Source of the DNA: a bacterium | GTDB lineage: Bacteria; JADJOY01 | NCBI GenBank assembly: GCA_046331705.1 | Contig: JAXLQJ010000026.1 | Location: 62,001-100,883, forward strand | Length of the DNA stretch: 38,883 nucleotides | Direction of reading: 5' to 3' | Shown here: positions 16,770-25,785 of the stretch, piece by piece | How the letters are laid out: every line of letters starts with the position of its first letter | Numbering within the stretch: position 1 is the first letter of the stretch | The notes under the pieces: generated by a model | Seen by the model: only the letters and a program-made list of their open reading frames with translations | Database searches by the model: none | What the model was told of the DNA's origin: nothing | Position numbers and translations under genes: made by a program

Positions 16770-18203
16770 ATGCGAACGAAGGGTTGGATGTTGGCGCTCG
16801 CTGCTGCGGGCGTCGTTGCTGCAGGCGCAGCGTCCGCCGCGGACTACGTCCCCGGCCAGTTGATCGTGAAGTTCAAGGGTCGCGCATCCACCGCCACGGT
16901 GTCGGCGCAGGGCACGCTCGGAAAGCACACCGGCGCCTATCACCTCCTCAAGCTGCGCAGCGGCCTCTCGGTCGAGGACGCCGCCGCGGCGCTCGCATCC
17001 AACCCGGCGATCGAGCTCGCCGAGCCCAACTACATCTACTACGCGGACGCGACGCCCAACGATCCGCAGTACGGCTCGCAGTACGGCTGGACGAAGATCT
17101 CGGCGCCCCAAGCGTGGGACGTGACCACCGGCTCCAGCTCGATCGTGATCAACGTGATCGACACCGGCGCCTACCTCACCCACCCCGACCTCGCCGCGAA
17201 CATCTGGACCAACGCGGGTGAGATCGCGGGCAACGGCATCGACGACGACGGCAACGGCTACGTCGACGACGTCCACGGCTGGAACGCGATCACCAGCACC
17301 GGCAACCCGAACGACGACAACGGCCACGGCACCCACACCGCCGGCACCATCGCGGCGGTGACGAACAACGGTGTCGGCGTCGCCGGCGCCAACTGGGGCG
17401 GCAAGGTCCTGCCCTGCAAGTTCCTGGCGTCCAACGGCTCGGGCTCGAGCCTCGATGCGATCGAGTGCGTCAACTACATCATCGCCACCAAGAACAACGC
17501 CGCCAGCGGCGCCAACATCCGCGTCTCGAGCAACTCGTGGGGCGGCGGTGGCGCGTCGACGGCGCTCAAGAACGCCATCCAGGCGGCCGGTGACGCAGGC
17601 ATCCTGTGGGTGAACGCCGCCGGCAACAGCGGCGCCGACAACGATTGCACGGCCTCGTACCCGTCGAACTACACCACCACCAACATGCTCGCGGTGGCGG
17701 CCACCGACTCCTCGGACGCGATGGCGAGCTTCTCCCAGTTCGGCAAGTCCACCGTCGACATCGGCGCGCCGGGCGTGGGCATTCTGAGCACCTGTGCGAT
17801 CGGCGTCTCGGGCACGAACACGATCTCCTGCCCGAGCGGCTACGTGTCGATCAGCGGCACGTCGATGGCCACGCCGCACGTCTCGGGCGTCGCCGGCCTG
17901 GTCCTCGCGGCCAACCCCGGTCTGTCGATGGTCCAGCTCCGCGAGCAGATCCTGCGCAACGGCGACCCGATCGCGTCGATGAACGGCACCACGTCGACCG
18001 GCATGCGGCTCAACGCGTACAAGGCCGTGACCAACGCGGTGACGGTGGCGCCGGATCGTGACGGCGACGGCGTTCCCGATCTCCGGGACAACTGCCCGTA
18101 CGTCTCGAACTCGACCCAAGCCGACGCGAACGCGGACGGCGTGGGTGACGCGTGCGCCTGCAGCGGTGGTGGCTGCGGTGGCAATCTGACCGACGCGGAG
18201 TGA
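16770..18203 (+). CDS. Secreted S8 subtilisin-like serine protease with C-terminal thrombospondin type-3 repeats
   Basis: Signal peptide MRTKGWMLALAAAG, propeptide YVPGQLIVKFK...AEPNY, catalytic triad VIDTG / HGTHTAG / SGTSMATPHV, and DRDGDGVPDLRDNCP...DANADGVGDAC. Confidence 0.95.
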   Translation: MRTKGWMLALAAAGVVAAGAASAADYVPGQLIVKFKGRASTATVSAQGTLGKHTGAYHLLKLRSGLSVEDAAAALASNPAIELAEPNYIYYADATPNDPQYGSQYGWTKISAPQAWDVTTGSSSIVINVIDTGAYLTHPDLAANIWTNAGEIAGNGIDDDGNGYVDDVHGWNAITSTGNPNDDNGHGTHTAGTIAAVTNNGVGVAGANWGGKVLPCKFLASNGSGSSLDAIECVNYIIATKNNAASGANIRVSSNSWGGGGASTALKNAIQAAGDAGILWVNAAGNSGADNDCTASYPSNYTTTNMLAVAATDSSDAMASFSQFGKSTVDIGAPGVGILSTCAIGVSGTNTISCPSGYVSISGTSMATPHVSGVAGLVLAANPGLSMVQLREQILRNGDPIASMNGTTSTGMRLNAYKAVTNAVTVAPDRDGDGVPDLRDNCPYVSNSTQADANADGVGDACACSGGGCGGNLTDAE

Positions 18204-18236
18204 TCCGAGCTTCGCGCGTTCGTTCACGACCGCGCG

Positions 18237-18281
18237 AAACGAGAGAGGGCCGGTGGGGGTTCCCACCGGCCCTCTTCGTTT
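18237..18281. terminator. Bidirectional intrinsic terminator
   Basis: 14-bp stem AGAGGGCCGGTGGG-GGTT-CCCACCGGCCCTCT extended by AAACGA/TCGTTT, between convergent genes. Confidence 0.85.
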
Positions 18282-18295
18282 GGTGCGCGCACGCT

Positions 18296-18817
18296 TCAGG
18301 GTTTGGCCGAGCTGGGTGGCTTGTCCTTCCCGAAGTGCGCGAGGAACTCCTCGAACGAGAGCGTCCCGCCCTTGCGACCGAGCGCATCCAGGATGCGCTC
18401 GACCTCGGCGCGCCGCGCCGCCGGGACCTCGCCGACGCTCAGCCGATCGTCGCGGTTCTCGTCCCACTGCACGAAGAGCGCCTCGGGCTGTTCGTCGCCG
18501 CGGTCGGCCCCGGGGCCGTTGGCCGCGATCTCGTTCACGGCGCTCTCGAACTCGCCACGACTGAGCCGGCCGTCACCGTTGGCATCGCCGACGGCGAGCA
18601 GCGCGTCGTAGCCCACGGACGGATCCTTCGCGGCCTCGGCCTTGGTGACCCACCCATCGTGATTGGCGTCGAGGGCGTCGAACTGCGCCGCCGCGCGGGC
18701 ACCGCTGTCGGTTTCCCCGTCGTCGCCAGCGGCGATCGCGAGGCCCGGAAGCGAGACCGCCAGCGCCAGACCTCCCGCGAACGACCTCCACCCACGTGAT
18801 TTCCATTCGATCGGCAT
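18296..18817 (-). CDS. Exported EF-hand calcium-binding protein
   Basis: Signal-like N-terminus and loops DANHDGWVTKAE, DANGDGRLSRGE, DENRDDRLSVGE, plus a degenerate fourth. GGAGAG RBS. Confidence 0.85.
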   Translation of the reverse strand: MPIEWKSRGWRSFAGGLALAVSLPGLAIAAGDDGETDSGARAAAQFDALDANHDGWVTKAEAAKDPSVGYDALLAVGDANGDGRLSRGEFESAVNEIAANGPGADRGDEQPEALFVQWDENRDDRLSVGEVPAARRAEVERILDALGRKGGTLSFEEFLAHFGKDKPPSSAKP

Positions 18818-18921
18818 GAAAGCTCTCCTCGATTCGACGTCGACCGCGAGCCAGCGGCGACGGAAACGAGTCGAACCATAGCCGAGCGCGCACCCGAGCG
18901 TGACCCTCCGTGAAGGTGTGT

Positions 18922-18951
18922 TTGACGGCCCGGGAGAGCGAGGCTTAGGCT
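18922..18951 (+). promoter_or_regulatory. Sigma70-type promoter candidate for the B12 radical SAM-GT2 operon
   Basis: TTGACG-N18-TAGGCT, about 100 bp upstream of ATG 19048. Confidence 0.5.
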
Positions 18952-19047
18952 GCTTTTCCCCGCCTCCTCGAAAGCCGAACGAGCTCGAGTCGAGACCGAC
19001 ACGCCGGCCGCCGGCGCGCTCCGACCTTCGATCCCGCGCCTCAGCCG

Positions 19048-20442
19048 ATGCACATCCTGCTGGTCAACACGAGCCACGTCGTCGGCAAGCACTACGTCGT
19101 GCTGCCGCCGCTCAACCTCGGCTACATCGCCGAGGCGGCGCGCCGCGCTGGCCACACCATCGACCTGGTCGACGCCATCAAGGACGACATGGGTCCGCGC
19201 GAGTTCGGGCGGCTCCTCGACGAACGGGGCTCGTCCTACGACATCATGGGCTTCTCGTATTTCTCGCCCATGCGCGCCAACGTGCTCGCCTTCAGCCGCA
19301 TGGCGCGCGAGCGCTTCCCGAGCACGCCGCTGGTGGTTGGCGGCCCACACCCGATCTTCGAGCCGGAGGAAACGCTCCAGTCGGCGCCGTGGATGGACTT
19401 CGCGATGACCGGCGAGGGCGAGGAGTCCTTCCCGGCGCTGCTCGCCGAGCTCGGCAACGGGCACCGCTTCGAAACCGTGCCGAATCTCGCCTGGCGAGAC
19501 GGCGACGTGATCCGGCGCACGCCGGGCCGCCCGGTCGACGACATCGACAAGATCCCGATCCCCGCGTGGGACCTGATGCGGCCGGATCGCTATCCGCTGG
19601 TCCCGAACGGGATCTTCTCCGGCGCCGACCGGATCGCTCCCGTGATGCTGACGCGCGGCTGCCCGTATCCGTGCAAGTTCTGCGGCGCTCCCACCAAGGC
19701 CGGCAAGGCGATCCGCACCCGCAACGCCGAGAACGTCGCCGCCGAGGCCGAGCTGCTCATGGCGGACTACGGCGTCGAAGAGCTGCACGTCATGGACGAC
19801 GTGTTCACCACCAAGCGCGCGAATTGCGTCGCGGTATGCGAGGCGTTCCTGCGCATGAAGCACACGCCGCGCTGGATGCTGCCCAACGGCATCCGCCTCG
19901 ACTCGCTCGACGAGGAGCTGCTCCGGCTGCTCGAGCGCGCCGGTTGCTGGTCGTTCGCCGTGGGGATCGAATCCGGCTCGCAGCGCGTGCTGGACCTCAT
20001 GGACAAGCGGCTCGATCTGAGCCTGGTCCACGAGAAGGTCGAGCTCATCAAGCGCGTCTCGCGGATCAAGATCACCGGCTTCTTCATGATCGGGTTCCCG
20101 GGCGAGACCGAGCAGGAGATGAACACGACGATCGATCTCGCGTGCAGCCTGCCCATCGATCGCGCCAACTTCTTCAACTACACGCCGTTCCCTGGCGGCC
20201 CGCTCTACTACCACTTGAAGGAGTCGGGAAAGCTCGGCCCCCAGGAGTCCGACCGCAACCTGATCTACTCCGTGACCTACGCGCCGCCCGGCATGACCAA
20301 GGAGCGCATCAAGCACCTGCTGCAGAAGGCCTATTGCCGCTTCTACTTGCGGCCCAAGATCCTGTGGGGCCTGGTGCGCGAGATCCACTCCCTGGATCAG
20401 GTCAAGAACCTGCTGTTCCGCGCCTGGAACATCCTCTGGTGA
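19048..20442 (+). CDS. Cobalamin-binding radical SAM protein (class B methyltransferase-like)
   Basis: N-terminal PPLNLGYIA...VVGGPHP...GEGE B12-binding domain, TRGCPYPCKFC (CxxxCxxC), DDVFT, GIESGS, FMIGFPGET, TPFPGG. Confidence 0.95.
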   Translation: MHILLVNTSHVVGKHYVVLPPLNLGYIAEAARRAGHTIDLVDAIKDDMGPREFGRLLDERGSSYDIMGFSYFSPMRANVLAFSRMARERFPSTPLVVGGPHPIFEPEETLQSAPWMDFAMTGEGEESFPALLAELGNGHRFETVPNLAWRDGDVIRRTPGRPVDDIDKIPIPAWDLMRPDRYPLVPNGIFSGADRIAPVMLTRGCPYPCKFCGAPTKAGKAIRTRNAENVAAEAELLMADYGVEELHVMDDVFTTKRANCVAVCEAFLRMKHTPRWMLPNGIRLDSLDEELLRLLERAGCWSFAVGIESGSQRVLDLMDKRLDLSLVHEKVELIKRVSRIKITGFFMIGFPGETEQEMNTTIDLACSLPIDRANFFNYTPFPGGPLYYHLKESGKLGPQESDRNLIYSVTYAPPGMTKERIKHLLQKAYCRFYLRPKILWGLVREIHSLDQVKNLLFRAWNILW

Positions 20443-21209
20443 CGGTCGCGCGGCTTCGATTCGCCCTCCCCGTCTACAACGAAGGCGTCGCCGCGCGGCG
20501 CGGGGTCGTCGAGCTCGCGCGCGCCGCGCGCGAGCTGGCGCGCGAGTTCCGGATCTGGGTCTACGACGACGGTAGCAACGACGGGCTCGGCGGGCTGCCG
20601 GCGCTCGCGCCCGAGCTTCCCGAGCTGACCATCCACCACCGCACGCCCAACGGCGGCGTGGGGGAGTTCTTCCGCTGGTGCTTCGACGCCCCCATCGCCG
20701 ATGCCGAGGATCGCGACGTGCTCGCCATCCTGGAAGGCGACGCGACCAGCGACCTCGCCGTGCTCCCGGCGCTGATCCGCGCCATCGACGGGGGCGCCGA
20801 CGTCGCGGTCGCCTCGCGCTACGTGCCGGGTGGCGCGATCAGCGGCTTCCCGCTTCGCAAGCGCGTCGTGAGCCGCGTGACCAACGCGCTGCTGCGACGG
20901 CTCTACTCGTCGCGGGTCCGCGACTGGACCATGTTCTATCGCGCGTATCGCGTCGGCGCGTTGCGCGAGCTCGCGCGCTCGCTGCCCGCGGGGCTCGCCA
21001 CCGGCGGATTCACCACCAACGCCGAGATCTTGGTGGCGCTGGCACGCCGCGGCGCACGCATCGAGGAGGTCGCGCAGCACTACCGCTACGGCGCGAAGAC
21101 CGGCAGCAGCAAGCTGCGGGTGCTGCCCCACGTCCGCGAGCTCGCGCGACTGGTCGCGGCGCATCCGCCGTGGAGTGACGTGCCGACGTCGCCCGCGCCC
21201 GCGCGCTGA
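20439..21209 (+). CDS. GT2 glycosyltransferase, DPM1/polyprenol-phosphate glycosyltransferase-like
   Basis: LPVYNE, YDDGSNDG, EGD (DXD-like), ASRYVPGG, RDWTMFYRAYR, GSSK. GTGA overlap with the upstream stop. Confidence 0.9.
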   Translation: MTVARLRFALPVYNEGVAARRGVVELARAARELAREFRIWVYDDGSNDGLGGLPALAPELPELTIHHRTPNGGVGEFFRWCFDAPIADAEDRDVLAILEGDATSDLAVLPALIRAIDGGADVAVASRYVPGGAISGFPLRKRVVSRVTNALLRRLYSSRVRDWTMFYRAYRVGALRELARSLPAGLATGGFTTNAEILVALARRGARIEEVAQHYRYGAKTGSSKLRVLPHVRELARLVAAHPPWSDVPTSPAPAR

Positions 21210-21227
21210 GCGCGGCACCGGAGCGGC

Positions 21228-22247
21228 TCAGGCGCGCGAGCCCACCCAGCGGAACAGCTCGTCGAGCCCGCGTTCGAGATCGATTCGCGGCCGCCAGCCG
21301 AGCCCGACGCCCGCCTTCTCGATGCACGAGACGTAGATCTTCTGATCACCGGTCCGCCACGGGTGGGTCTCGGTCTCGACCGGATGCCCCACCCATCGCT
21401 CGAGACGCTCGAGCAGCTCGCGCAGCGACAGCGTCAGCGAGGGTCCGCCGCCCAGGTTGAAGACCTCGCCGCGCAACGTGGACCGGCGCTGCCACGCGGC
21501 CAGGAACGCGTCGATCAAGTCGTCGACGTGCAACAGATCGCGCACCTGGCGCCCGTCGCCGTAGAGCCGGATCGGCTGACGGCGCGCGGCGCAGAGCGAG
21601 AGCCACGCGACCCATCCCTGCTCCTCGACGCCCATCTGGCGCGGGCCGTAGATGCACGATTGCCGGAAGGTCACCGTGGGGATGCCGTAGGAGTACGAGT
21701 AGGCGCGTAGATAGCTCTCGGCCGCGGCCTTCGACACCGCGTGTGGCGTCTCGGGATGGAGCTCGCGATCCTCGGGCACGCCGCGCCAGCCGACCGCTGG
21801 CACGAAGCGGCGCGCGTTCTCGTGCGCCACCGCGTCGGGCAGGCTGCCGTAGACCTTGTTCGTGGACGAGTACGCGATGAGCGGCGCCTGCGCCGGATCT
21901 GCCCAGGTCGCGCGGACGGCTTCCAGCAGGTTCACCGTACCGCCCACGTTGATCTCGAAATCCTCGCGCGGATCGACGATGGCGCGGGTGACCGCGACCT
22001 GCGACGCGAGGTGCAGGATCAACGTGGCGTCGCGGCGCCGCGCGACGAAGCCCGCGACCGCCGCCGCGTCGCGAACGTCGATCCGCTCGAAGTCGGCGAG
22101 TCCGCGCTCGCGCAGCCAGACGAGATTGTCCTCGGAACCGGGGCGGCTCAGATCGTCGAGCACCGCCACACGATGGCCGAGATCGAGCAGACGAGCGACG
22201 GCGTTCGAACCGATGAAGCCGGCACCACCAGTGATGAGGACGGTCAC
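21228..22247 (-). CDS. NDP-sugar epimerase/dehydratase, CDP-paratose 2-epimerase (RfbE)-like
   Basis: LITGGAGFIGS, HLASQVAVT, SSTNKVYG, FRQSCIYG, EEQGWVAW, GDGRQVRD, WRTGDQ. The catalytic YxxxK appears as HAVSK. Confidence 0.9.
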   Translation of the reverse strand: MTVLITGGAGFIGSNAVARLLDLGHRVAVLDDLSRPGSEDNLVWLRERGLADFERIDVRDAAAVAGFVARRRDATLILHLASQVAVTRAIVDPREDFEINVGGTVNLLEAVRATWADPAQAPLIAYSSTNKVYGSLPDAVAHENARRFVPAVGWRGVPEDRELHPETPHAVSKAAAESYLRAYSYSYGIPTVTFRQSCIYGPRQMGVEEQGWVAWLSLCAARRQPIRLYGDGRQVRDLLHVDDLIDAFLAAWQRRSTLRGEVFNLGGGPSLTLSLRELLERLERWVGHPVETETHPWRTGDQKIYVSCIEKAGVGLGWRPRIDLERGLDELFRWVGSRA

Positions 22248-22396
22248 GAGATTGAGCGGGTAGACGCGACGGATGCGACGGAGGGTTGCGGGATTCTAGC
22301 AGGCTGGCGCGGAACTCGCAGCGGCGAGCGGGTCGCGGCAGCGCCTGCTTCGGCGCGGCGGGTTTCGCGCCACCGCGAACCTCGCAAGCCGCGTTC

Positions 22397-22426
22397 TTGA
22401 CTCCCTTCGCGGCGCGACCGTAGCCT
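22397..22426 (+). promoter_or_regulatory. Sigma70-type promoter candidate for the Tes-like radical SAM gene
   Basis: TTGACT-N18-TAGCCT, 75 bp upstream of GTG 22502. Confidence 0.55.
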
Positions 22427-22501
22427 CGCGTTCGCGGCACACCGCGAGATTCGCCCCCCTCGCGCGCGGCGAGCCCGACAGCCTTTCCGAGAATCGTCGA
22501 C

Positions 22502-23893
22502 GTGAGTCCGCCTCCGGCCCTCGATGCCGCGGCAGCCGCCGCCCGCTTTCCCTGGCGCCGGCTGCTGGATCCGCCGTCGCGACTGGCGTTCAAGCCCGGC
22601 ACGGCCTTCGACGTCGAGCCGATCGCCCCTGGCGCCGAGCGCCCCTTCGATTTCGTCGCCGAGCACACCCGCAGCCTCTGCCCCCGCTGCGCGCGGACAC
22701 TGGACGCGAGGCTGGTGGTCCGCGGCGACGACCTCCACATGTTGAAGGATTGCCCCGAGCACGGCGCGTTCGATCTCTTCTTCGCCCGCGACCACGCGTT
22801 CGTGCGCGGCGTGCGCGCGCTCACGTCGACGCCCGCGGGCGCGCCGCTGCGCAAGGATCGCTTCCAGGACTTCGGCTACGTGCGGTCGATCTGGATCGAC
22901 GTGACCGACGCCTGCAACATGTCCTGCCCGAACTGCTTCACCGACGCGCGCGTGAAGCCCACCCACGAGCCCGACCTCGCCGAGATCGCCGCGCGGCTGC
23001 GCGCGATCCCGGGCCGCAAGCCGGTGGTCTACCTGATCGGCGGCGAGCCCACGCTCCGCAAGGATCTGATCCCGTTCCTCGCCACGCTGGTCCGCGACGG
23101 CTTCATCGTGAAGCTCGAGACCAACGGCATCCGCCTGGTCGACGAGGACTACTGCCGACAGCTGAAGGACGCCGGTCTGGAATGGGTCTACCTGCAGTGG
23201 GACAGCCTCCACGAATCGACGCTCGCCAAGCTGCGCGCTCGCCCGATGCTCGACGTGCGCCGGCGCGCCCTCGAGAACTGCATCCGCTTCGAGCTCAAGG
23301 TGCTGCTCGCGTGCATGATCGAGCGGGGCGAGAACGAGAGCCAGATCGGCGAGCTGCTCGAGTTCGCGCGACGCACGCCGCACGTCTTCACCGTCTCGCT
23401 GCTGCCTTCGTCGCGGCTCGGCCGCAACGAGCTCACCCGCGAGCCCGACAAGATCGGCGCTGCCGACGTGGTCGGGGAGATCGAGCGCACCACCGGCGGC
23501 CGAATCGCGCGCCGCGACTTCCTGTGGTTTCTGCGGGTGTTCCGGCTGCTCTACCGGCTCACCGGCAACCCCGACTACCGACCGCGCTCGTGCATCCTGC
23601 ACCTCGCCTACTATCACGATGGCGACGAGCTGGTGCCGCTGAACCGGCTGCTCGACCCGCGGGTGCTGCTGCGTCATTGGCGCGCGATCCCGCGCACCTG
23701 GCCGTTGCTGCGGTCGCTCTTCCGCGTCGATCGCATGCCCTACATGCCGCACGTGAGCTTCATCGTGGTCGAGGACTTCCTCGACCGCCAGACGATCGAC
23801 CTCAAGGAAGCGTCCAACTGCGACAAGGCCTACATCACCGATACCGGATACTCGCTGGCGTGCGGCTTCAACGCGATCGAACGCGGGGCCTAG
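22502..23893 (+). CDS. Radical SAM protein of the MJ0619/tetraether synthase (Tes, GDGT-MAS) family, divergent
   Basis: TRSLCPRC...MLKDCPEHG rubredoxin-like site, IDVTDACNMSCPNCF, GGEPT, ETNGIR, VYLQWDS, and C-terminal DFLD..TIDL...NC...LACGFN. Confidence 0.85.
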   Translation: MSPPPALDAAAAAARFPWRRLLDPPSRLAFKPGTAFDVEPIAPGAERPFDFVAEHTRSLCPRCARTLDARLVVRGDDLHMLKDCPEHGAFDLFFARDHAFVRGVRALTSTPAGAPLRKDRFQDFGYVRSIWIDVTDACNMSCPNCFTDARVKPTHEPDLAEIAARLRAIPGRKPVVYLIGGEPTLRKDLIPFLATLVRDGFIVKLETNGIRLVDEDYCRQLKDAGLEWVYLQWDSLHESTLAKLRARPMLDVRRRALENCIRFELKVLLACMIERGENESQIGELLEFARRTPHVFTVSLLPSSRLGRNELTREPDKIGAADVVGEIERTTGGRIARRDFLWFLRVFRLLYRLTGNPDYRPRSCILHLAYYHDGDELVPLNRLLDPRVLLRHWRAIPRTWPLLRSLFRVDRMPYMPHVSFIVVEDFLDRQTIDLKEASNCDKAYITDTGYSLACGFNAIERGA

Positions 23894-24081
23894 CCGCGCC
23901 CGCGCGGCGCGGCCAGCCCGCGACCGCGAGGCCCTGCGAGCGAGCGCCGAAGACCTGAGCCTCGTGTCGCACCGCCGAGCACACGGCGCGCGACCCGGCG
24001 AGATCGAGGTAGCGCCGAGGTTTGCGCGACGCGACCCACGCCCCCGTCCTCGATGGCCGAACACGGCGCACACCGGATCCG

Positions 24082-25782
24082 ATGAACGACTCAGCCACGA
24101 CTCACTCGCGCGCGCCCACGCGCTCCATCCACGCGTCGGCGGCGACACTCGTGCTCGACGCGGTCGTGTTCGCCGTCGTCGCGTACAAGATCACCGAGCT
24201 CCTGTTGCTCGGGAACGAGGGCGTGGTCGAGCGCGCTCGCGCGTATCCCATGGCCGCGCTCCTCGCGCTCGTTCCACCGCTCTTCTTCCACCTGCAACGG
24301 CGGCTTGGACTCGCGCCTTCGCGCGAGCGCCTGGTCGACCAGATCGTCGGCTTGGTGCTCTGCACCGCGCCGCCCGTGATCCTCGCCCTCAGCCCCACCT
24401 CGAAGGGCTTCTCGAACGCGTGGCTGCCGCTCGAATGGCACAAGGTCCCGCCCAACCTGCTGCTGATGGCGCGGATCTCGTGGCCGCAGGCCGCGCTGGG
24501 CCTGGTCGCGCTGCTGGCGCTCGGCTACGCGCTCGCCGCGCGCACGAGGTCGGGGTCGGGGATCTTCATCCTGGCGCTCGCGAGCTGGGCCGCGTTCAAC
24601 GCGTATCACGTGGACCACGGGCTCGGATCCAACAAGGCCGCCGCCTACCGCATCGCGTTCGTGGTGCCGTGCGCGCTGGGCGCCGCGCTGGCGCTGGTCG
24701 GGCTCAAGCGCTGGGCGGCGCGCCTCGCCGCGGTGGGCGCCTCGGGCAGCCTGATCTTCTGGCACTACGTCGGCGTGCTGCCGCCGCGGGCGGCGACGCT
24801 CGATCCGGCGCCGCCGGGCTTCGCCCGCTTCTATCCCCAGGGCTCGGCCGAGCCCGCGTTTCCGCTCTCGCACATGCGCGATTACGTGATCACGCCGGAC
24901 CGGCGCTTCCTCTTCACGTGCTACGGCCCCGCCTCGGGGCTGGCGCGAATCGAGCTCGCGACGGGAGACACGCGCATCATCGAGGTGCACGGCCTCGCGC
25001 GCTACCTGTGGCTCGACCCGACCGGCAGCGAGATCCTCACGATGGACTGGGACAGCGGCGATTTCCTGTCGTTCTCGACCGAACCCTTCGCCATCACCCG
25101 GACCGTGAACATCCTCGAAGGCAAGCGCATCGCGCCGTGGGACTTCGCGGTGGCCGGTGACCGCGTCTACGTCACGTTCCACGAGCACCCGATCCTCGCC
25201 GAATACGACCGCGCCACCATCCAGCTCCTGCGCGAGCTGCCCTTCGACGAGGCCGGCTTCACGAAGTTCCACGCCGGCTTGCTCAAGGTGGCGTACGACG
25301 AGTCGAGCCGCATGCTCTACGCGGAGCTCGGCATGACGGACGCGGGCAATCGGTTCCTGCTCGTTCAGGTCGACCCGGCCACCATGACGGTTCGCCAGAA
25401 GGCCGTTCTCCCCGAGGGCGGGCTCGATTTCGTCATCATCCCGTCGAAGCGGCGCATCGTCGCGGCGAGCTTCTTCTCGGATCGCTTCTACGAGTTCTCG
25501 ACCGAGCCCTTGGAGCTGGTGCGGACCTTTCAAGGACCGCTCAACTCCCGCAACGTGATCTTCGACGCGCGGCGCGACCTCTTCTACTCGCTGGCGTTCC
25601 TGCCGGGAGAGCTGTGGGCGCTCGACTACGCCACCGCGAAGCCCCTCGCGCGCCTCGACATCGGCGGCAAGGCCCAATCGTTGATGCTGGACGTCGAGCG
25701 CGATCAGCTCTACTTCGGCAGCGCCCAGGGCGGCTATCGCGTCGAGCTGACGAAGTGGATGGCGGATCGTCCTCCGCACTAG
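24082..25782 (+). CDS. Polytopic membrane protein with C-terminal beta-propeller-like domain
   Basis: About 7 hydrophobic helices, followed by repeated strand-rich units (TPDRRFLF, LDPTGSEI, AGDRVYV, DESSRMLY, DARRDLFY, DVERDQLYF). Confidence 0.8.
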   Translation: MNDSATTHSRAPTRSIHASAATLVLDAVVFAVVAYKITELLLLGNEGVVERARAYPMAALLALVPPLFFHLQRRLGLAPSRERLVDQIVGLVLCTAPPVILALSPTSKGFSNAWLPLEWHKVPPNLLLMARISWPQAALGLVALLALGYALAARTRSGSGIFILALASWAAFNAYHVDHGLGSNKAAAYRIAFVVPCALGAALALVGLKRWAARLAAVGASGSLIFWHYVGVLPPRAATLDPAPPGFARFYPQGSAEPAFPLSHMRDYVITPDRRFLFTCYGPASGLARIELATGDTRIIEVHGLARYLWLDPTGSEILTMDWDSGDFLSFSTEPFAITRTVNILEGKRIAPWDFAVAGDRVYVTFHEHPILAEYDRATIQLLRELPFDEAGFTKFHAGLLKVAYDESSRMLYAELGMTDAGNRFLLVQVDPATMTVRQKAVLPEGGLDFVIIPSKRRIVAASFFSDRFYEFSTEPLELVRTFQGPLNSRNVIFDARRDLFYSLAFLPGELWALDYATAKPLARLDIGGKAQSLMLDVERDQLYFGSAQGGYRVELTKWMADRPPH

Positions 25783-25785
25783 CCG

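Noticed and set aside
18818-19047. Possible RiPP precursor peptide near the radical SAM genes and S8 protease (also checked 22248-22501 and 23894-24081)
   Set aside because: No small ORF with an RBS and a leader/core pattern was found, neither radical SAM shows an evident RRE or SPASM motif, and no transporter is present.
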